64,000 nt of DNA, taken from NCBI GenBank assembly GCA_050084985.1, contig JBITNC010000001.1:149048001-149112000 (forward strand). The letters are read 5' to 3'. The translations under genes and the position numbers were made by a program. Below the pieces are notes generated by a model, which was not told where the DNA came from, did not search any database, and worked only from the letters and a program-made list of their open reading frames with translations. This stretch comes from Nageia nagi (taxonomy: Eukaryota; Plantae; Pinophyta). Of this stretch, positions 49,201-64,000 are shown in pieces; position 1 is the first letter of the stretch; each line of letters begins with the position of its first letter.

Positions 49201-51499
49201 TATTTATTTCTATATTTCAACCATTAATGATCCTTTTATGACATTTAATCATGGGTTTTTTTGGTCTATATATTTTTAAATGGATTATTATTGAGTAGTG
49301 GTTTCATGTTTGAGATATTTGTGTTATGTAAGGATATTAAACTACTTGGTTTTGAGTTTGAAAATCATGTCTAGGAACTATTATGGAATTTTTGCAAGAG
49401 GGGGTAATTAACAAGTTGATTGACTCTCTTTATCAACTTTTTGATAAGAGCATCTTTACTATCCATTTGATGCATATATTATATCTTAGATATACATTTT
49501 TATAATTGCATGATTTGATTTATGTGTATGGTTATAATTGTTCATTGGTCTCAAATGGTTAGAAAGAGATCTACATTAGTAGTTTAAGTGACTTGATTCT
49601 CAAGTTGAACATATATTCAATAATATCCATCCTATCCATGATGAGATCCATGATTTTTGATGTGGGTTGTTGTTCCATGAGGTGCAAACTATTTATGATA
49701 TCAACATGACCAACATCTTTATTTTGCTTTTTTGATTGCATGGTGAAGAAAATTAATAGTCTTATTTATTAATTTTTGAGGATACACTTGGTTTCAATGT
49801 TGATTTTTCCTTATTTATTAGTATGGGATTAAAAGAATAAAAGGATCCAAAGTTAGCATGCTTTAAGCTTATAATCCTTGATCAAAATTAGCTTTTAATA
49901 AAAAAAGAAGAGGGTAACAACCTTTAGCTAAGTAATCCTTATGAAATTCCATAGAAAGATAAGGAGAAAAAATAATAAACTCCTTGTACAATAGAAAATA
50001 AATACCTAAAAGAAAACAAAATATACTAAACACAAAGAGAGAGACCTTTTTAGATTATTTTATTTTATTCTTTAATTTTTTATTATTGTAAAAAAGAAAC
50101 TAATTTAATTTTAATTTAATTTAATTTATCTTTTTTTTTAATTTATAAAAAAATAAAAGGAAATCATACTTATTAAGACACAAAATCCAAAAGCAAAGGG
50201 CAAAAAAGAGTAGCTTAAGAAAAGACACCCACTCATTAAGAAATAAAAGTGTGAAACCAAAGGTAATCACAACTTAGGGATGAGGATTAGGATAACATCT
50301 TGTGGGTGAGAAAATCCCTAACTACAAGCATTCATTAGGGTAGAAACTTGTACACATGTTAATAAGGGGTATAGAAAAGGACATATATGATTAGCGAGTC
50401 CCCAAATGGGATAAAAATAATGAAAGAAAGAAAGCATATTAATGTCCATGGGAGATCAAAAATAGTCTATGGGATAACTATAGTGGGTCAATACATAACA
50501 TGCATGTCTTGTAGTGGGAATTGAACATGGGATACAAGGCACAATAGGGTCAAGACATGATGAATGACAATGAAAAAAATGAAAATCAAAGTTATAGTCA
50601 CAAAAATAAACAAAACAATATTGAAGATGAACATAATGAAGATTATAGTATAAATGAATGAAAAGTAGGGGACTAAAATATGAGGTTGAATAGAGGTATG
50701 ATGGAGAAGGAGAGATAAAAGATGCATTAAATTGAAGTATAATGATATTGAATCTCCAAAGATCATGGGTTTCTATATAAAAAATCATCAATTTATCAAG
50801 TGATTTTTTTGATCTTGATAAAATAATGACATCAAAACTAATGAAAGGAACCAACAATGCCCTACTGTAAAGAGGGGTCGATAGGGGATGCAAATCCATG
50901 GAACAACAATGGATTTGAAGGTTTGAAAAAATGCTAAGAAAAATACATGAATGCAAAAATGGCATCAGTAATCATATATTTCAATCTATAAGAGAGGCCA
51001 TTGGGGTAAAGTTGTGTAACCTCTCCATGAGCTCCATTATACCATGACTAGGAAGATCTCAATTAAGGAGAGTTTATTGTTGATGAAGTAGATAAGTTTT
51101 ATTGAATATAATATTGGTGAGTTTAATTTCATTCTTGGAGATTAGTTGTAAGGCTTTTTAGGCATCCATAGAACCTATGAATAAGTTAAACCCTCATCAT
51201 ATCATCGCTCTAGTCAAGAAACCCTCAATGCATTATCACTCTAGTCCAACAATATAGTTGCTTCAGATAAGAAATTCCTATCAAATGACTAATTTGAGCT
51301 TTGTATAATAAATAAATTTTTACAAGTACTAATTTGAACTTAGCATAAGGGATACATTTTTACAAGTAAAAATTTGATTTTTGGTCCTAACCTAATGAAC
51401 AATAATGATAAATTGAATTCCTTTGAAATAATATTTTGGTAGGTTTCCTCCAAAAGAAAATTTAAGGTTTCATTTAAGCTAGTAAACTTTATATGTAGG

Positions 51500-52280
51500 T
51501 ACATAAATATTAATTATTTGATCATATTTTACTTATGGTTAGATCTATGATTGTTATCTCTTATTATTATGATTATGGATTTATTAGGCTAATTTATTAT
51601 AATTATTTATCTATTTGCATTCATAGGTTGGGTGAATTATAATTTTGGAATTGTTTTTATTTCATCTATAGGTTGAATACTTACCTCTCTTGAAATGATA
51701 CATTTGCACCTAAAATTTAGGATTAAACTACCTCATTCACCAAATCACTACCCAAAAGTAAATGAGTTTATAAAGTCACATGTTTACAAAGATAAAAATG
51801 ATCTTGAAGAATGATAATAGGGCTTGGAACTATTTATTCAATTTTGCCTTTAGGGTTGATAGAATGAAAATTAGGACCACAATTAGGAAGACACTCTACA
51901 AATTAGTTTATAAGTTATCATATCTATGAATCTAGAAATAACAGCTTATAAAATTATGATGATGGATGAAGGCCAACTGAATTCCATCAAATATAGGCTA
52001 TATGTGTTAGTACAATTTTAAGAATCAAGGAATAAGTTATTGGGAATAATTTAAAATTAAGCCAAAAAAGTAAATGAAACCTTTGAAAGTTAGAAGAAAG
52101 GAATATCAATATGGGGATTTGGTGTTATTATGGGATGTAAGAGGGTCATATCCCTAGAAGAAATGAAGCACTTCTTAGCAAGGTACCTACCATTTAAAAA
52201 AAAATCAATGATTACTATTTCATACTAATAAATATTTTTGAATTATATTGGACCATGTAGTTAATTCATAACACATAAAT
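51500..52280 (+). mobile_element. Decayed Tat-like Gypsy integrase remnant
   Basis: Fragments resembling DYFTKW (~51520), HSPNHYPKVN (H.TPYYPQ.NG, ~51735), A..VDR (~51850) and GDLVLLWD (~52115-52140). Confidence 0.55.
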
Positions 52281-54699
52281 CTTTACTACCAACAATAGGT
52301 GTAAGAGACTAGGTAAAATTTATATAATATATATTTTTTCACATTCTTTCTTTATACATTATTTGCATATTAATTTTTTTAAGCTTTGTATTCTTAGCTC
52401 TATGAAATTTGAAAACCACCCCTTAGCAAAAAATATTATTAAATATATTCTAGATCACCACTTTAAGTAATTTTATTCTTGTTCTTTAGCAAATAATTTT
52501 TTCCTATTGGTTAGGAGAGACACTATTGAGGATCCATAAGAATATTCTATTTTATTTTTCTCAAGCATATCCTTCCTTAATTCATAAAGTACCCCTCATA
52601 ATTATTATTTCATCCTTGGGAGTTTAGTAAAAAAAAATAATATTCTCTTAAATGCCTTAAACAAATTAACTTTGCCAAAATCCTCCCTTCACTTTAGAAG
52701 TAATTTCTCTTATTAAAATATCAGTCCATTTTTTTAAGTTCTCATTTTTCACCTTATATAAATATTACTTTATGAAAACTAATCTACTAAATTCTTTGTC
52801 ATGAACCCTAAAAGGTACCTTATATATCCATAAATATCATTTATTTTAATTTAAGACTACCATGGACCTTATTTATAAAAATTATTCCAAACCATAATAT
52901 ATCGATGAAGGATATGGGTGGGATAGAATCAACCATGTACCTTGTGTGCTTTTCAAAATTTCACCAATGCCCCCACCTGCCTCACTCCCAGGCTCCAAAT
53001 TTGTAGATTGCAGTGTATTTCATAACCATTTTATCTTGCACATAAAGTACTAAAAAAAATGTCCTTCAAATTGAAGGACAAGTTTAAAAAAAATTCCTTG
53101 GTATTTTGATCTCATCCCTGCAAATTTTATTAATATGAAAGTCTAAAATTTTCAAATCCCTTCAAAAGAAAATTTACCCAGCCCTACAAATTTGATCTCT
53201 GCTTGCTCCACTTTCTTCCTCTCTCATGTGGGCCCCATAATTTTTGGCATGCTATTTTTCAGTATGTTATGATATAAACACATGTCATATAGTTAAAGGA
53301 TGTACATTGATTACTATACTTTCATTATCTAGTGGATGAGTGGTTGATTTAGTTTTAAATTCAATAATCATAAGCACACATCCTATATAGTTAAAGGATA
53401 TGCAAATACGATTGTAGGATATGCATTTATCACTATACTTGCATGCTTTACTAGATTATTTAGCTTTAAAATACAATATTACTCTTATCAGGTCTTCCCT
53501 TCTCATTCTTAAAGGAAACAAATTCATTATGACCCCAAAAAATGTGGATATTGAGGGTGAATAATTGATTTTTATAGTAATAATTTATTAAGTGGTATCA
53601 AAGCTCTTTCCTTACTCTAAATGATCTTATATCTTAGGGTTTTTTTTAAAAAAATATTATCTTTTATATAAATTTTCATGAAGAGGCCTAAAGTCATATG
53701 TTGTTAAATTCTATTTAACTAATATCATTTTTATTTCTTTTCCTAGATACACAGGTTAGAAACTTTGTTAAAATACCTTAAAGCATCTATCATTTTTTTT
53801 TTCTAAGCATGATATCCCATAAAATTGCATGTAAAGTAAGGTATATGAAATTTTGCATGAATACCTAAACTTTAGAAAAAATCGTACATGATTTTGAGCT
53901 CTCACAACCTTGCGTATATCAAGAGACCCTTTTAGGAGACAAATTGAGATTTCATCATAGGAAGTTATCAATTATGTAATTTTTGTAGTGCAATGAGTAA
54001 AACGCCCAAGAAGATCACCCTTATCTACATGAGAAATGGGTGATAGTGTCGTTAGGAGTAAGAAACCTTTCCTTCTTTGTTAGTGTCATGAGATATGGGA
54101 TCAAACACTAATTGTAATTTTTTCAAGTATATCAAATGTTTGCAAAAAGTGCATACTTCTTATTTTAGCAATCAACCCAACTTATTACTACCTATATTTT
54201 CCTACCCTACACACAATGGAAAACTAAAAAAAACATAGAGCTCAACCAAAAATAAAAAAAGCAATGATGACACATAAGACTAAAGTTGGAAAAATAATTA
54301 ATATCATAAATATCATTAGTGTCACAAATGAATTCCCTTGATGAAAAGCTTGATTGATATGCATTAATGATGTTGGGTGTTAACACTTAAATTTGATTTT
54401 TATTTACTTAAAAATAATATTTTATGTATTTATGTATTAAAGTAATTATTTTTTTAATTTTTCTATATTTGTAGAATAAAGTGTAATTTAACTCATTTTT
54501 ATCCTTTTGGTGATATTTTCTCTTATGGTTTGTCCATGTAGATTGGAAATGATCTTCATCTTATTTGTGTTGATTGACTTTATTGCAAATATTGGTGGAC
54601 CTCTCATTATTCAATTTTCAAATTTTGAAGTGTGTGATAACCTACCATCAAAACCTATACATTGGGCACTATCCAAACATCATTATGCCATATAGTATG

Positions 54700-56490
54700 A
54701 TAACTATAAGTAACCAACATTATGAGCAAATTTCTTGTATATTCTACATACCATATTAATTGGGCAAAGTATTGTTAGCCTCATTTAAAACATGCTCATC
54801 ATCAGATTCAATTATATTATGATCCATATGCTTTTCAAATTCTTCATTCACTAAACTCTATCAGGTGAATTTAATCACTAAATCCTCATTTATTATGATA
54901 GACTCATCTACCTTTTAGGTATTTCTTGTTCTTTTTTTTGTGGCAATATTATTTTGCATATTATCAAGCTAGTAATTTACAACTATGAGCACATATCAAC
55001 ATTGAGAAATATGATAATATCAAAGTATAACATTATTCAATCCAACAAGATGTTAAATATTTCAAATATCAATTTAAATACATAAGGACTGAGAATTATT
55101 TGGGAATATGCATGATGCAAACATAGTTTTAGGAACTACAATGATCATAAGATATACACAAAATAGATTTTTTGAAAAGGCTATAGATACTTTTAAGAAA
55201 ATGCAATTTTTAGGTGTAAAGCTAGAATTTGTAACCTTTGCAAGCATTCTACCAACATGTGCATTATTTCTAAAATGAATCATTATGCATGCATTATAGA
55301 TCACCTTGGTTATGCAAAATATATTAAGGAAACTTTAAACTTCATTGCCAAAATGCCTATAAAACTTTAAATGGGTGTGTGGATGTATTTGATTGGTACT
55401 TGTAAATCACATAATAATAAAGGAATAGGGGAGTTTATGGAAATAATCCTTTTTTGTTCAAGGGTAATTATGTTGCATATTATATTCTACTTTCAAATAT
55501 TTATGTTGAAGTGCATGATTACATTTCAAATATGGATAATATTCTTATGGAGATTATTGGTGATGTATAGTAATGCAAGATCGAAAGAGTATTGCATAAT
55601 CACATGGTGCATGTCTTCAAGCAGATAAAAAACCATGTTCCATTTCAATTTTTCAAAAAATATTGTTAATAAATATTTGTAGAAATAGACAATGTTGTTT
55701 ATGGATACAACAAGGATTCCCTTAAACTATTTGATCTAAGGAAGCACTTGGGAACCAACCCTAATAACATAACCTTTGTATGTGTTGTACTTGCATGCAA
55801 CCATTTAGGTCTAGTAGTTGAGGGTTGAAAATACTTTAATAGCATGAGTGACTCTTATTGCATTATCCCTAGGATGAATCATTAGACATGTGTTGTTGAC
55901 CTTCTTGGTCATGTAGGCTATCTTGAGAAAGCTTTGAACTTCAATACCAATATGCACATAAAACCTAAATTGGGTGTCTAGATGTATCCACTTGGTGCTT
56001 ATAGATCACATAAGAATGTAGAAATAGGGAAATTTATGGTAACAATCATTTTTTTTTATCGAAGCTTAAATATTCTCCATCTTATGTTCTTTCAAATATT
56101 TTTGTTGAAGTGGGTATTTGGGATAATGTTCAAAGAGTAAGGAAATTAATGATAGATACATGAATCAAGAAGACACCTAGATGTACTTGGATTAAAGTTG
56201 AAAAAAGAGTATATGCTTTTCTTATAGAAAACAAATCACACCCACAAACATGGAAGATTTATGAAAAATAAAAAAAATAGAGTGAGATGAAGGTAGTGGG
56301 GTATACTCCAAATACAATATATGTGTTGCATGATGTGGAGTTTGATGATAAAGACTTCTCTAACATAACACAAAAAATTTGGCAATTGCATTTGAGTTAT
56401 GAAAGACTCTCTTTGAAATCATTATTAGAGTTGTGAATAACCTTTGAGTATGCAATTACTATTGTACTACAACCAAGTTTATCTCTAATG
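54700..56490 (+). pseudogene. PLS-class pentatricopeptide repeat (E/E+/DYW) pseudogene, internally rearranged
   Basis: SLKLFDL.KH.GTNPNNITFVCVVLACNHLGLVVEG*KYFNSMSDSYCIIP.MNH*TCVVDLLGHVGYLEKALNF (55715-55945), E-domain remnants and DYW-like YTPNTIYVLHDVE...LAIAF...IIRVVNNL*VC...TTKFIS (56300-56490). Many stops and frameshifts. Confidence 0.85.
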
Positions 56491-57429
56491 GCATGATGCA
56501 TATTTTTAGGTAGAAAGGAAAACATGTTTCATTTTATTTTTTCAAAAATTATTATTATTAAATATTTGTACAAATAGATAATATTGTTGGTTGCTAACAT
56601 CATATGATCAAGTGAACATAACTACCTATATCTATTGATGCAATATTTGTGAAAGCATTATTTTTTATACTATTGTTATTTTTAATATTGCAAATTCATG
56701 GTATCAAAATTATTTTGAAGAATCTTGTATAATTGTAGAGTGAAGAGTTAGAGAAGGAGGTGCAAGAATTGCAAATATGAAAGAATAAATACTTGAAGGA
56801 AATAGAATACACTTGAAGAATAATAAATATTAGAGAATAGCTTAGAAGTAGCTTGGTACTTTGGTATGAATATATTAGAGAAACTCTTAATTATAATTTG
56901 CTCTTACCTTTATCATTTTGTGCAATCATTTTGTTTGGAATCATTCTATTAGTTTATGCCTATGTTTACATCAACCATCTAGACCCAAATTTTAAGTAGT
57001 AATTTCTTTATACATTGATGTAGATTTTGGACTATCCATGGATAAAAATGCCAATAATTTTTTATGTGGAATTAGACCATGTTTTGTATATTTAATAGCT
57101 AAAAATTATTGTCGAGATTTAATTATTAGAATTCTTTAGTGATATAAAAGTGAAATGTCCAATATATAAGGATTTAAAAGATCTATTTTATTATATAATT
57201 CATGTAAATTTGGTTTTCTCATTATACACATAAAATAAATGAGTTTCTTATAAAAAAAATCATGACATTTATAAATGAAAAATAATTAATATGTTTAAAG
57301 TAATTATTATATATTTGTAATAAATATTTAACATGGATATTTCTCTATTGAAGGATCAACATAATTTTCACAAGACATATGACATAAATGAGTTTCTTAT
57401 AAAAAAGTTTATACCTCATCAAAATGTAG

Positions 57430-58900
57430 TTTTAAAAACTAGAATGATTGTAGGATATGGATCCAAAATTGAATTTTTTTGTTAATATTGGAGGGGATTT
57501 TTAGGGAGCCAATAACCGCTTTACATTGAAGGTAGTTTTGAATTTGTTCCTCAATCTCCCTAGAGCATGAACAAAATTCTGTCAACCTAGAGGAGGGCCT
57601 GAACACTTTCAAAACTTGGAAAAATAAAATCTTGTCAAGGCCTTGTACATATATTAATATAGGCATTAACCCTTGTACACTATCAAATAAAAATTCAAAA
57701 CTATGCACTTAGATTTGAAATTTAAACTTCTAGCTAAAAGAGAAAGAAGCTGTTGAGCCATGGAAATTGTAGTTTTGAATCTTGGCCTGGTATTCCAAAT
57801 AATTAGATAGGCTATGTAGATTCTTGTTATTTCTCACTTGAGTTGAGTGAGAAAGTCCCTTCTTGTATCTTTTCTACTTCTAGATCTGAACCAACTTAAC
57901 CATTCCTCCATATTAAACCCCTGATAGGGTGGGGTGGCAAGGATGTCCACCTGAATTGAAGCATAGGAAATAGGCTCTATGCCTTCCTTCATGGGGGAGG
58001 AAAATCCTATGCTCGTAGGTTCATGACCCATCAGGGTTAGGAAGAAAACATTACTTAGGGAAAGTTGAGCCTTCTAAACTACATTTCAAGAACCAGATAT
58101 GATACCAACATAATCCATGCCTTTTAGATCTATCCACCTTAAAAAGAATAAAGTGCCTAGAAACTAAACAACACAAGATGTTTAGCATCCTGACTAAGAT
58201 CAAACCTCAATCCTTCTATAATCTAGCATGCCTTATCTTCCAATTGAGATCCACATTTCTCAACTTTTGGATTCATGAATTGGATCTTTGATATTTTAGG
58301 CTTTGCACACATTTTAACCTCCATAACTAGTTCACCAATTTGAGATTTGGCAACTTATTACAACAAGGGTTTCAAAAAAAATATGTTTGTAATTTCTCTA
58401 ATTGAAAATCTTACTTCCATCAAAAAATCTATCGGCATCTTTTGCCTTAGTAGGGTTGATGTGGAAAATAGGGTAAGGATCTTATCAAGAGAAAATGGCA
58501 ATTATAAGGAGAAATTTGTTAAACCTCTTTCCCTTATTTTTTTATGACTATTATACATTTGTGAGTGTAACAACCAATCATAAAAAATGTCCATTTCTAC
58601 CTTTCTATCAAGCCCAAGTCCATCCCATACACAAACAAAAGCTCTTGTTGGGAACATCACCAAGCACCACAACCTCACATGGTCATCTAAACCTCTCTTA
58701 TCAAAGACACTTTTCCTCCCATCCTTCTTCAACCTCCCTCTGTGCATAACAACATCTTCCTTCTAAATCTATTCCCACCATATCTAATGATCCAAAATTG
58801 AATTTCATGATTAATAAAAGACTCAAAACTAAACCTCAATAGGCATATTTTTCTATCCCATGTTGAAGCTCTCATCACTCCATCTCTCTAATGGTTTGAA
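57430..58900 (-). mobile_element. Second L1-like LINE remnant (ORF1 and endonuclease start)
   Basis: Minus strand SVQGL (degenerate WNVRGL, ~57665-57685) downstream of an ORF1-like decayed region. Weak match. Confidence 0.4.
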
Positions 58901-60602
58901 TGAGAAAAATGGACACTTGATGTGCATGATATGCTTGTCCAAAATTTTTGAGAAATTAAATAATCCCAAGGTGGGACTCATACCAAATAGGATGACAATA
59001 TGAACATATGAATGGATGATGCACATAAAATAAGGTGCTTGCATAGTGCACACATGGGATAAGGTATTTATTGGCATCTTATAGAAACATGTAGGATTTG
59101 AATATTATCAATTGTGTTGCAATGAAAATTGAGCTGGAATATAGAATAAAATGAAATACAATTATTCTTCAATCTTCATTGAACCTCAAATTATATAACA
59201 TAGATAGACATGTTTGTAATTGCAAAATGATATTCAATCTCAATTCAAACTATAATTTTCCCTTAGAAGGGACTTTTACAAATGCTATGTGCCAAAATAA
59301 AGAGTATTAAATCTTCATTGTTTTTGAGTTAGCTTGCTTCTTCCCTTGATATGAGCAACCTGTAAATCCTACACACATGCAAAAGACAATAACATCAAAG
59401 CATCCATGTATGACATTGCATTGAATTGAAACTAGCATAAAACAATAAAATGTATGAGCTCACAAGATTTTGGCAGCATTACCCTACTTCAAAAATGGGT
59501 TCAATTGGGGTCCATATTGCTTTGTATTAGCTTGTATTTATAGATCTTGGATGAGATGTTTCAAGGCTGGTAAGAGGAAGTGAACAGCCACCGTAGGTCA
59601 TAACTGACCCCCTCTATCCACCTCATCTTGTAAGAATGAAGCATTCCAACTTCCTTTTACTATTTTGGCTTCTATTCGGCTATTACAGAGTCATCGGCAT
59701 TTGGAGGTCGAATGCCAATGACTAGCTCAAAACATCGGCGTTTGTAGGTGAACGCCAGTGACTGGTTAACAATTTTATAACAACATTAAAATGACCACCA
59801 AATAGTCAATTTTTATCGAAAAGGGGTCATGTGACCACTCATTTTGCATGTACTCAATGAGAGATATCCAATAATGGATTTTTCAAGCTTGTTTGAGGCT
59901 TGTATAAAGAGTTATGATTAGTTCAATGTTTACTAGTTAAAGAGGGACATTTTTAGGTGTCTACATTTTGCCCCTTTTTGAAATTATCAACTAAGAATGC
60001 GGTTGATGATTTCAAAAACATAGAATGGGAAGATTTGTTACTTGATTATTTGTTGATGCTTTTTTATGATATTAGTTTTGACTCAATTTATTAAATGAAT
60101 CAAAATTTTGATTTATCAAATTATGATAAAATGTGTTTTCATTTTACATTTGATGTAGTTTTGAAAACAAATTTTAATATACCTCAGAAGTGACTATTTT
60201 CAGTATGACAATGTGTTGAGCTTGTGTGACAGCTAGATGACATTTCTATTATGTCATTCTGCATGTCTAAGCGCACATGTACCGTATAAGTCCCCTTTAG
60301 TATATGGGTTTGGATGGTGTTGTCCTTTGTCCCGACAACGGGGTTTCAAGATGATCTCTTGTAACAATGATACATCACATTTTATCTTCTTTGATATTTG
60401 TAAATGTTAACGATATTTTTAAGAAATATCATCAAAATCTTTTTCGTATAAAGCTTAAGATCTTTTAGTAGGATATAATTATAGCTTCTCTAAATCAAAA
60501 CTTATTATATATATACATTTCATCATCTGGTGTTTCATGAGGATAGTCCTTGCCATGACTGAATATGATTTTTTGACTTTTGCAATTGATACATTTTGAA
60601 AA

Positions 60603-60889
60603 TGATATTGTAATACATCAAAAACTACACTTGTGTCAATCTACATACTGTGTGCTATTTATGGCAGTTGCATGACAAGACTCTAGTTTGTCTCTGCATA
60701 CTGAAGCGAGTATGTGATGGTAAGCTTATTTGATGTATACAATTTTAAGATAGTGATATTGTATATCAAAACTTCACTTGTGTTTATCTCCATACTGTAT
60801 GCTGTTTATGGCAGTTGCATGACAAGACTCTAGTTTATCTCCGCATGCCGAAGTGAGTATGTGATAGGAAGCTTGTTTTGTATATACAA
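60603..60889. repeat. ~147-bp tandem duplication
   Basis: atggcagttgcatgacaagactctagttt at 60661 and 60808. Confidence 0.9.
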
Positions 60890-62744
60890 GTCATCTTTCA
60901 TTTTTCTCTGCTTTTAACCCAACAGAATGGGTTTCATGATGATATTTTGCATAAGTCTTTTAGAATCATATTGAGCATAAACATCTTGTTTTAGGTTATA
61001 GGCAATCCTAATTACCTTAACCATGAGTAGACATATAACTTTTGATTTTGTAATTAACAATGTTTTGAGTACATTTTAAGAGAGATGTAGCCATGATCTT
61101 ACTATGTGATCATGAGCTTAATTTGATTGTGGTGCTTTTCTTAGCATTATGACCCCTTTTGAACTGACTAATGATGTCAGTGATGATGATGATAGACTAT
61201 TCAAAAAACTAATACATATTAGCTAGTGAACAAGTAAGATGAATGTACGAATGATTCTAACCTTATTGTTTCAATCATTTATAGGTGAACATAAGGTTTG
61301 ATTTTAGGTCATGGGAAGTTGTATTTATCCCAGTTATCCAGGTATGATTTCTTGAGCTTTGTAATTGAAGTATTTTGAACACACATTGGTTATGCACCAA
61401 ATAGGTACTAAAGGCTTGTTCCCATATATCATTACATGGGTGTCTTGTGTTTATCCCAAGGGAATGTATGGAGCTGAGTTAGGTATATGACATGAAGTCC
61501 CCTTTGGGTGCACTAATTTGAATTTTGATTATTATGTTTTACTCTAGAAGAATAGGTTTTACAAAAATCATTAGAATCATGCTTTTTGATGACTAGGATT
61601 TCTTGAATATGTATAACAATAAGTGATGACTAAACATGCATAACATGACATATGATTTGAACTAAGAAGTTCATGATTCATTGTAAGATCATAAATAATA
61701 AATGGTGTTTGTGCTATCAAGGATTCATGATGAAATTATTTATGATCGAGTTTGCATGTTTATTGCATGATGTGGTGAGCAAACATAGTCATGTATCTTA
61801 AGAAGATACAAACAAACTAACATGTTATCATTGTTGACTTATACAAATACCACTAGGCTACTAAGTAAGTGATAATATACCTAAGGTTGGTAAGTGGTTA
61901 ATTCAAGACTCGTACACTTGATTTTATCAACTTATGTACGAATATTTTAAATCTTGATTTTGTTGGTTGATGGTAGAGGCAAATGATTTGCTTTGGGTCA
62001 TGGACAATCATAGTTGCCCCAAGTTATAATCAAACATAAACTTTTGAATTTTCATAATCAAAGTATTTTGAAAATAAGTTCTATATTTTACTAAGTACTC
62101 ATGCTTGTCTACAAATGCTATTTAATGGAACACTTTATTCCATAGGCTCTATGCCATTAGCACGTATGTGACGTGGAGTCCTTTCAAAGTAGATAACATT
62201 TTAATGTTTGATAATTCTACTATTTGCCCCAACAAAATGGGTTTCATGATCATTTATTATGAAAATCATTAGAAATATGTTTTTCCATGATTGAGGTTTT
62301 TTGTTGAACATGACTTGAAAACAAGACAAATGCATTCTACCTCATTTATTGAGATGATGATACAAACTCAAGTTTACTACAAGGATCAACATAATGATAG
62401 ATGATTGTATTATGTATTTTATTATTCATTCTTAAGACATTTAAAAGCATGATTATTAGACTTTAATCATGAATGTACTTTGATGTGCCACACATTGATG
62501 GTGTATCTCAAGATTGAATAAGTTTTTTGATTATTGTTATTAGTTTTATTATTATTTCAATCATCGATGTTGATTTGGATATTATTAAATATCTTCAAAT
62601 TTAGGGATAATGATTTGAAAAATTACAGTATTAGATTGTATCATTTACCAAACTTAGCTACTAATACTTTTTATTTTATGATAACATGTGCAAAGGATAT
62701 GTAACAAGATGTAACGCACATTCAATTTATGAGTAGATGATAAT

Positions 62745-63110
62745 GAATGGAAAGGGAAGAAGAACATCGAATTCCAATTCAAAGGGAAGAGCAATTTCTT
62801 ACTCTCGATCCCAAGGAATGATGGAAGCTTTCTAATGATGTTCTAGGGGGTTGAAATGGATGGGATATGATAGGAAAAGAATATTGACTTCCAATTCAAT
62901 GGGGAGAATAATTTCTTATTCTCAATCCCAAAGAATAATGGAAGCTATAAAATTTAACAATGTTCTAGGGTTGACTTTTATCAATCCACTAAGGGCAATT
63001 TCTTGCTTAGATAAGAATAGAAGCAAAAGGTTTTAACAACAACAATGTTGACTCCCATATTAATGGGGAGAACAATTACTTATTCTTTTTCTCAAATAAT
63101 ATGGAAGCAC
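62745..63110. repeat. Degenerate tandem repeat, ~120-160-bp units, about 3 copies
   Basis: ttccaattcaa..gg.aga..aatttctta.tctc.atccca..gaat.atggaagc at ~62772 and ~62889, with a weaker copy at ~63050. Confidence 0.7.
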
Positions 63111-64000
63111 CTCCAATTTAATAATCGATAAAGATGGATTAGGAAATATTTGGATGTTGGATAATAAAATATGAAAGTTGGTATAGTATAACATGTATGG
63201 GGGGATGGTGGATGTTAATATAAAAATAGTATAACGAATGAATAGACATAGGATGTATTGAGTATTTAGAGAGATAAACTAATCAACTCATCAAGGCATT
63301 GATAAATATAAGTGTAATATTAATTACTATGTAATAATAAATAGTATGGGATGGAGGCATGGGAGGATGAAGAAATGCAATGATCATAATATTCAAGTTG
63401 ACCATATTAACCAATCACCATTAGATTTTTCCTTCTTTAAATGATATAAAACAAAGTCATGATGTTCTCAAAATTATCATAGACTCATGTGTGTGCAATG
63501 ATGTTTATTTCCATCTCTAGACAATCTCAAACTAAATGTCACAAGAGCATAAAATATATAAGCTAGTTCATCCATATGAAACGTACAGAGGTCCATAGGA
63601 AAGAAGGTCGCTAACCAATATGGACATATTGCCACTCGTAAGATATGCCCCATTGCTAGACAGGCATCCATAGCCCCAATGAGGATTAACCCCTCGATCT
63701 CACTACAACCTTGCTCTACTGCCAGTCAGGCATCTATAGCCCTGGTAGAGGATATTGTAATCACCCAAGAATCATTGATATAATGTAGTATTTTTTTTTT
63801 TTTTTTACAACTATCAAATGATTCTTGGGTTTGAGATGAAGCGAATAATAGGATGAACATGTAACACTTTCACTTGAAATCATGTTCTTGTGACACCTCA
63901 TTCTTGACTATTTTAAGATTATTTAAATGTGAAGATGTGTGTGAGTCCGTAATAACCTTAAGCATATCATAGTCATGTTTGTTTATCATCCAAAGTTTCA

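Larger units (their letters stand above)
59090..64000 (-). mobile_element. Tat/Ogre-like Gypsy remnant in minus orientation: 3' LTR begins at 59965 and runs left; 3' internal region lies to the right
   Basis: Minus strand aaaaaggggcaaaa|TGTAGACACCTAAAAATG at 59979-59948, nearly the same PPT/LTR junction as at 7094-7125. Distal LTR end uncertain. Confidence 0.55.

Noticed and set aside
50456-50965. 169-aa and 92-aa hydrophobic ORFs as membrane proteins
   Set aside because: These are antisense reads of A-rich low-complexity TE-derived sequence. The same applies to 1823-2108 and 38574-39014.

Overview
AT-rich, CpG-depleted plant nuclear DNA, most likely from a conifer-type gymnosperm (inferred from a Penelope-like Dryad remnant and the style of the PPR and Tat elements). 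One intact host gene is visible: a 9-exon thioredoxin-fold AhpC/TSA (CxxC) gene at 20662-25180 (+), 190 aa. It has no transit peptide in exon 1, and its last exon is tandemly duplicated in a form that drops the conserved C-terminal Cys. The rest is mostly nested retroelements. These include a PMD-carrying Tat/Ogre-like remnant, an older Tat gag-protease remnant, and a young gag-only LTR element (8859-13530, TSD GTTAC) that has a tRNA-3'-end-like sequence where a polypurine tract is expected. A LINE is split by a full-length decayed Copia (34566-48054), which itself contains a non-autonomous Gypsy, two related solo LTRs and a spliced OB-fold-like gene remnant. L1 fragments, a Penelope-like RT fragment and a PLS-E-DYW PPR pseudogene are also present. 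Most ORFs in the supplied track are spurious or TE fragments. All alignments and translations were done by eye, and family assignments rest on recalled motifs, not database searches.
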